Origin: Alistipes sp.
Lineage (GTDB): Bacteria > Bacteroidota > Bacteroidia > Bacteroidales > Rikenellaceae
Length of the DNA stretch: 64,000 nt
NCBI GenBank assembly: GCA_017505725.1
Contig: JAFVOR010000102.1
Span: forward strand, 20,634-84,633
Reading direction: 5' to 3'
Shown here: positions 59,039 to 64,000 of the stretch, piece by piece
How positions within the stretch are numbered: the stretch's first letter is position 1
Layout: each line of letters starts with the position of its first letter
The notes under the pieces: model-generated
Databases searched by the model: none
What the model was told of the DNA's origin: nothing
The model's input: only the letters and a program-made list of their open reading frames with translations
Translations under genes and position numbers: made by a program

Positions 59039-60091
59039 TTAGTCGAAACTCTGTGGTGTAGTACCAAACAAGAGATAGGGTGCAATGGCCTCGGCCTGCT
59101 CCTTGGTGAATATGTTATCCTCCTGCATCTCCTCGATACTATTCCAACCTCCTTTCGATTCGCGTGTTTCTATGATTAACTTTATCGCCCTTCGAGACAT
59201 ATATGGATGATGCTCAAATTGCGAAGCGGGTGCAAAGTTAATATCTATTTTTGAAATATTGCAACTATCGCAATAAATTTGTTCAGAAATTTTAGCAAAA
59301 TTTTCGCTTGTAACGCATTTTAACTCCGCAATTTGCTCTTTTCGGACAAATCCACCCAGCAATTTGCGATATTCGATCACCGCCACCACCGTCTTCTCGC
59401 CAATTCCACGCACCGAGCGTAGGCGTGCCGAGTCGGCAGAGTTGATCTCAACCAAACCCTTGTGCGGGTCGCTTGGGGTCAGAATCACAAAGTGCTCCAA
59501 CGAGTCGGCCATCTCTTTGCTCACTGCGAAGCAGTCACGCAACTCGTTCATCGAGTAGATGCCGCCACCCTGTTCGCGATAGCGGATGAGAGCCTCCGCC
59601 TGTCGAGTCGAAAAACCTATAAGTCGCAGATAGTCAACCCCTACGGTGTCGATGGCGAATGGCTCGAATGGTCGAGGCGAAAAGCGAGATTTCTGATCCC
59701 ATCTCTTCGCCGAGTCGACTTCCGATTTTGGGCGTGTAGCGTACTTGCTACCAATCTTTATATACGGGCGCACGCGCGCGAACATCTCGTCACTCACGCC
59801 ATAGCACAAGGCCAACTCCTCGGCAATGCCGAATACCTTGCCTGCGGTGCGGTACTTGATGATGCCTACCGCAGTGCGTTTGTCGAAGCCAAGCAGTAGC
59901 AACTCCTCGTATGTTACGGTATTTGGGTCGAATGCGAAGAGCGAATCTTGCTTGGTGACCTCCTCCTTCTGCCCCTTGCTTTCGGCGAGGTAGAGAGCTT
60001 GACGAGGTCGTGCAAGAATGACAACGAGAGCAATGACGACAATTATAGCCACCACAAATACAAATCCTCGTATGTTCTCCTTGCTAAACAT
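59039..60091 (-). CDS. ComEA-like helix-hairpin-helix protein
   Basis: N-terminal TM; FDPNT, EINSADSARL..VRGIG, IDIN repeats. Confidence 0.85.
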   Translation of the reverse strand: MFSKENIRGFVFVVAIIVVIALVVILARPRQALYLAESKGQKEEVTKQDSLFAFDPNTVTYEELLLLGFDKRTAVGIIKYRTAGKVFGIAEELALCYGVSDEMFARVRPYIKIGSKYATRPKSEVDSAKRWDQKSRFSPRPFEPFAIDTVGVDYLRLIGFSTRQAEALIRYREQGGGIYSMNELRDCFAVSKEMADSLEHFVILTPSDPHKGLVEINSADSARLRSVRGIGEKTVVAVIEYRKLLGGFVRKEQIAELKCVTSENFAKISEQIYCDSCNISKIDINFAPASQFEHHPYMSRRAIKLIIETRESKGGWNSIEEMQEDNIFTKEQAEAIAPYLLFGTTPQSFD

Positions 60092-60094
60092 ATT

Positions 60095-61918
60095 CTATTT
60101 CCACTCGGCACCCTCGGAGAGTTGCAATCTGCGATAGCGCAACGATGGCGACTCCACCTTCTCGCCTATGCCATACTCCTCCCATCGTCTATCAACGAGT
60201 GCTATGGTCTGCTCATCGGCAGTCACAATGTTTGGCCATCTGACAGGGTTTTGTGCTGCTCCGGGGCGCTTGGCGCGTGCATCTATGACGAGCGCACCCT
60301 CCACGAGCGAGATGTCGCGTGTCGGTTCGGTGTTCGCCGCAAAGAGCCACAAAAGCTCGTTGGCGGTAAGCCCCTTGGCTCGGGTATCGAACAGAACCAC
60401 AAAGTTGCACGATGCAGCCTTGGCTATCTCCTTGCGGTTGATTGGCTCATCATTGTCGACATAGAGTATCGCGGTGCTCCACTCTTTGAGGAGTTCATAG
60501 TTTACCTCAATGCCAGAAGGCAGGGTAGAGCCATCGAAAGATGGTGCAGCCTCTTTCGGTGAAACATTTGTCAGGTCGAGTGCAATCTTTCCGCCATAGC
60601 CACACTTTGCTGTTGCGTGGTCGAGTACATCGTAGATACCCTCACTGCGTATGAGCGAGGTATTCAGGTCGCAGTTGCGCAGCAATGCCGCCAGCTCCTC
60701 TGCCGAGCGAACATTGGTCGATGCTGGGGTGAGCACGAGATATTTGTTGAACATCATCTGTCCTGCGCCCCACAATCCGAGAGCCACCTTCGATGCCTGA
60801 TGCTCGTAGAGCTGACGCATCGAGATGATGGTGATGTTGTGTTGCGTTCCCGCCATCGGCATCGTCATATCCTCCACCTCGGGTTGCATCACAAGGCGTA
60901 TCGGAGCGAGGAATATTCGCTCGGTAGCCATTGCGATGTAGGCATCCTCCTGTGGCGGAATACCCACGATGGTGGCAGGGTAGATGGCGTTGCTGTGGTG
61001 TGTAATGGCGGTTATGTGGAACTTCGGATAGTAGTCGGTGAGCGAGTAGAAACCTGTGTGGTCGCCAAAGTCGCCCTCCAAGACCTTATCCTCGGCGGTG
61101 TCGACATAACCCTCAATCACAAAGTCGCAATCTTCGGGTACATATATATCGTTTGTGATACACTTGACGAGTTGTACCGCCTTACCTCGCAATAGACCGG
61201 TCAAGAGATACTCGTCAATGTTGTCGGGTACGGGTGCGGTAGCCGAGAATGCGTAGGCAGGATCACCTCCGATAGCCACCGCTACGGGCATCCTCTCGCC
61301 TCTACGCTTGTAGGCTTCGTAGTGGCGAGCGCCGGTCTTGTGATGGTGCCAATGCAGTCCCGTCGTATGGTCGTCAAAGATCTGCATACGATACATACCC
61401 ACATTGCGTATTCCGTTGTCGGGATCTATCGTATGGACCATAGGCAGGGTTACAAATCTTCCGCCATCGTGTGGCCAGCACTTCAGAATAGGGAGTAGCG
61501 AGAGCTTTGCCTCATCCCCCTCAAGTACCACCTGCTGACACTCGCCTCGACCCTTGCGCTTGCGTGGAAACCACTGCGACGCCTCGCCCAAAAGGGGCAA
61601 CATACGCAACTTATCCACCAGACTCTCCTTTGGCGAGGTTACGGTGCCAATGAGCGAGTTCAATCGCTCCGAAATGTCGGTGAGATGCTCCACGCCGAGT
61701 GCCATAGCCATTCTGTGCTCCGACCCGTAGAGGTTTGTCAGCACAGGAAAACCCTTGTCGGTCTTTTCGAATAGGAGAGCCTTGCCTCCGCCCTCGCTCT
61801 TGACCATTCGGTCGGTGATTTCGGCAATCTCCAACTCAGAAGATACTGGGGTGTTGATGCGAATCAACTCCCCAGCCTCCTCGAGTGTTACGATAAATTC
61901 TTTAAGCGATTTATACAT
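60095..61918 (-). CDS. UbiD-family menaquinone-biosynthesis decarboxylase (MqnL-like)
   Basis: EIAEITDR, NVGMYRMQ, EGDFGDHTGFYS, GIPPQED, LWGAGQMMF. Confidence 0.9.
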   Translation of the reverse strand: MYKSLKEFIVTLEEAGELIRINTPVSSELEIAEITDRMVKSEGGGKALLFEKTDKGFPVLTNLYGSEHRMAMALGVEHLTDISERLNSLIGTVTSPKESLVDKLRMLPLLGEASQWFPRKRKGRGECQQVVLEGDEAKLSLLPILKCWPHDGGRFVTLPMVHTIDPDNGIRNVGMYRMQIFDDHTTGLHWHHHKTGARHYEAYKRRGERMPVAVAIGGDPAYAFSATAPVPDNIDEYLLTGLLRGKAVQLVKCITNDIYVPEDCDFVIEGYVDTAEDKVLEGDFGDHTGFYSLTDYYPKFHITAITHHSNAIYPATIVGIPPQEDAYIAMATERIFLAPIRLVMQPEVEDMTMPMAGTQHNITIISMRQLYEHQASKVALGLWGAGQMMFNKYLVLTPASTNVRSAEELAALLRNCDLNTSLIRSEGIYDVLDHATAKCGYGGKIALDLTNVSPKEAAPSFDGSTLPSGIEVNYELLKEWSTAILYVDNDEPINRKEIAKAASCNFVVLFDTRAKGLTANELLWLFAANTEPTRDISLVEGALVIDARAKRPGAAQNPVRWPNIVTADEQTIALVDRRWEEYGIGEKVESPSLRYRRLQLSEGAEWK

Positions 61919-62024
61919 TCTAAATCAATTAATCTCTTATAGAGCACCGTAGGTGCGTTCCTATTCAATCCTATAAAGCCGACAAAGTCGGCGAGTCCCA
62001 TCAAATCCTAATGATTTTTCGAGG

Positions 62025-63464
62025 TCACTTCTGCTCAGCCTTTGCTGCTGCAATGCGCTCCTCGAACATCTTCTTCTCCTTGCCCATAGCTATGAAGCAG
62101 ATGAGGGCTGCGACGATACTTGCTGCAAAGAAGCCGATTGAGGTGAGCTCCCAGCCGTTTGCTCCGCTCTCTACGATACGACCGAAGGCTATCTTCGAGA
62201 GTATGGCGTCACCAATGAGGTAGCCCAACAAGCCCATAAAGCCGGCGGCCGTACCCGCTGCATTCTTCGGAACGATGGCGATAGCCTGAATCGAAATCAT
62301 AGCCACAGGACCATAGACTCCAAAGCCGGTGATGGCAAGCGCTATAGTTATCATAGTGAGAGGGTCAACGCCAAGCATTGCCGCCAGCGCTTCAGCTTTC
62401 CAATAGATGAATGCACCCACAGCTGTAACGAGCATACAGATGACATTTACAGGAGCGCAACGACCCTGGAAGAATTTTGATGATAACCATCCTGCGAGCA
62501 AAGTACCAGGGATGGCCGCAATCATATGGTATGCATAGAGGTTTTTGCTGACTGCTTTTTCGATGCCATACTCGTCTAACAAATATATAGGCAACCAGTC
62601 TGAAATACCGTAGCGAACCAGGTATACAAGGATATTAGCCAAGCCGATAAACCACAACATCTTGTTCTTGAGCACATAGTCAACAAAGAGGGTTTTGAAA
62701 GGTATCTTATCCTCTTCGCCCTTCTTAGCCTTTGCGCCCGAGAAGTCGTTGCGATACTTGTCAATCGAAGGCAGGCCACACGACTCTGGCGTGTCTCGAA
62801 TAAACCACCAGCACAAAGCCGCAACAGCAAGAGCTGCAATAGATGGGACGATAAACGCTCCTCTCCAAGACTCTGCCTCGCTAACGCCACACGCAACGAG
62901 TACAGCGCCACCGATACCTGCCAACCACGACATCGATGAGCTACCTATGTTGTGTGCAGTATTCCATACCGACATCTTGAACGAACGCTCGTTGGTAGAG
63001 AACCAGTGCGACATTACACGGCCGCAAGGAGGCCAGCCCATACCAGAGAACCAACCTGTCAAGCAGGTCAATACAAAGAGAATCGCAGTTGTTGTTCCAA
63101 TATGCTTAGGGTAAGGGATGATACCTGCAACAATCATTACGAGAGCCGAAAGAATCAAGCCTATGGTCATAAACTTTCGAGCGTCGGAACGATCCGAAAG
63201 ACCACCCATCAAGAACTTACTTACGGCGTATGCGATAGGCATACCGGCCATAGCATCGCCCAAGCCAACCTTGTCGATGTAGCCGAGGCTTACCATATCC
63301 GCACCTGCGAAGGAGAGGTTCTTGCGAACAAGGTAGTAGGCTGCATAGCCCAGGTAGATACCGATAAATACCTTCCATCGCATAGCCTTGTACTCCTTGT
63401 CGATTTTTTCTGCTGGCATCTCCGGTTTGTGCTTCGGAGGAGCCATAAAGTCTAAAAATGCCAT
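62025..63464 (-). CDS. MFS organophosphate:Pi antiporter (GlpT/PgtP family)
   Basis: YYLVRKN, SKFLMG.LSDRS, GMGWPPCGR, WNTAHNIG. Confidence 0.9.
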   Translation of the reverse strand: MAFLDFMAPPKHKPEMPAEKIDKEYKAMRWKVFIGIYLGYAAYYLVRKNLSFAGADMVSLGYIDKVGLGDAMAGMPIAYAVSKFLMGGLSDRSDARKFMTIGLILSALVMIVAGIIPYPKHIGTTTAILFVLTCLTGWFSGMGWPPCGRVMSHWFSTNERSFKMSVWNTAHNIGSSSMSWLAGIGGAVLVACGVSEAESWRGAFIVPSIAALAVAALCWWFIRDTPESCGLPSIDKYRNDFSGAKAKKGEEDKIPFKTLFVDYVLKNKMLWFIGLANILVYLVRYGISDWLPIYLLDEYGIEKAVSKNLYAYHMIAAIPGTLLAGWLSSKFFQGRCAPVNVICMLVTAVGAFIYWKAEALAAMLGVDPLTMITIALAITGFGVYGPVAMISIQAIAIVPKNAAGTAAGFMGLLGYLIGDAILSKIAFGRIVESGANGWELTSIGFFAASIVAALICFIAMGKEKKMFEERIAAAKAEQK

Positions 63465-63489
63465 TTTATTTAGTTTTAAGTTAATTGTG

Positions 63490-64000
63490 TTATTTCAGTT
63501 TCGCAATCAATGTCTCCAACTCATCGAGTCGAATCATATTCGGGCCATCGCTCAAGGCCTTCTCGGGCTCGGGATGAGTCTCGAAGAAGTAGCCATTTGC
63601 GCCAAATGCCTTGGCCGCCAATGCCATAGCGGGAACATACTCGCTGTCGCCTGCCGACATTCCGTTGCCTGCACCCGGGCGTTGCACTGCGTGTGTGCAG
63701 TCCATAATTACGCGCGGAGCAAACTTCTGCATCACGGGAATATTGCGGAAGTCGACTGCCAAGTCGTTGTAGCCTATGATATTGCCTCGCTCGGTGAGCC
63801 ACACCTCATTTGTGCCCGACATTGTCGCCTTCTCATACGGATAGCGCATATCGGCACCCGACATAAACGGAGCCTTCTTGATGTTGACGATACGACCCGT
63901 CTTTGCGGCGGCAATCACAAGGTCGGTCTGGCGACAGAGGAAGGCCGGTATCTGAATCACATCGATAACCTCGCCCGCAGGCTCTGCTTGCCACGCCTCG
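63490..64000 (-). CDS. kdsA: KDO8P synthase (5' end beyond the window)
   Basis: QIPAFLCRQTDL, NIKK, TERG, DCTHAVQ, ETHP..ALSDG. Confidence 0.95.
   Translation of the reverse strand, partial: EAWQAEPAGEVIDVIQIPAFLCRQTDLVIAAAKTGRIVNIKKAPFMSGADMRYPYEKATMSGTNEVWLTERGNIIGYNDLAVDFRNIPVMQKFAPRVIMDCTHAVQRPGAGNGMSAGDSEYVPAMALAAKAFGANGYFFETHPEPEKALSDGPNMIRLDELETLIAKLK

Overview
Chromosomal window from a Bacteroidota bacterium, probably Rikenellaceae/Alistipes-like. This rests on TAnnTTTG -7 promoters, DUF2795, DUF3575/DUF6562 pilus-type genes and a UbiD/MqnL-type decarboxylase. Most of it is housekeeping: a histidine kinase, lgt, tRNA-Ser(GCT), cdaA, GH2, GH31, floA/nfeD, trkH, mtaB, lptF/G, fmt, serC/serA, recA, relA/spoT, a zinc ABC transporter, gadC, rpsU, a glpT-like MFS and kdsA. 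The most unusual part is 39.3-43.4 kb. An AT-rich stretch with a phased TTACA-N2-TGTAA motif precedes an XRE-HTH gene. Next comes a 2.36-kb foreign-looking cassette bounded by directly repeated dif-like (XerC/XerD) sites, with a third, inverted dif-like site inside. It has no integrase and carries an orphan ~304-aa ORF, a small basic ORF and a ~750-bp very GC-rich, hairpin-dense non-coding region with its own promoter. I read it as a candidate minimal Xer-exploiting integrative element (IMEX) or ssDNA satellite. Also present: tRNA-3'-end-linked repeats, a 48-bp IS3-end remnant, two palindromic repeat clusters at 25.2-26.0 kb, a MITE-like element at 34.2-34.7 kb and a frameshifted znuB. All calls were made by eye; no searches were run.
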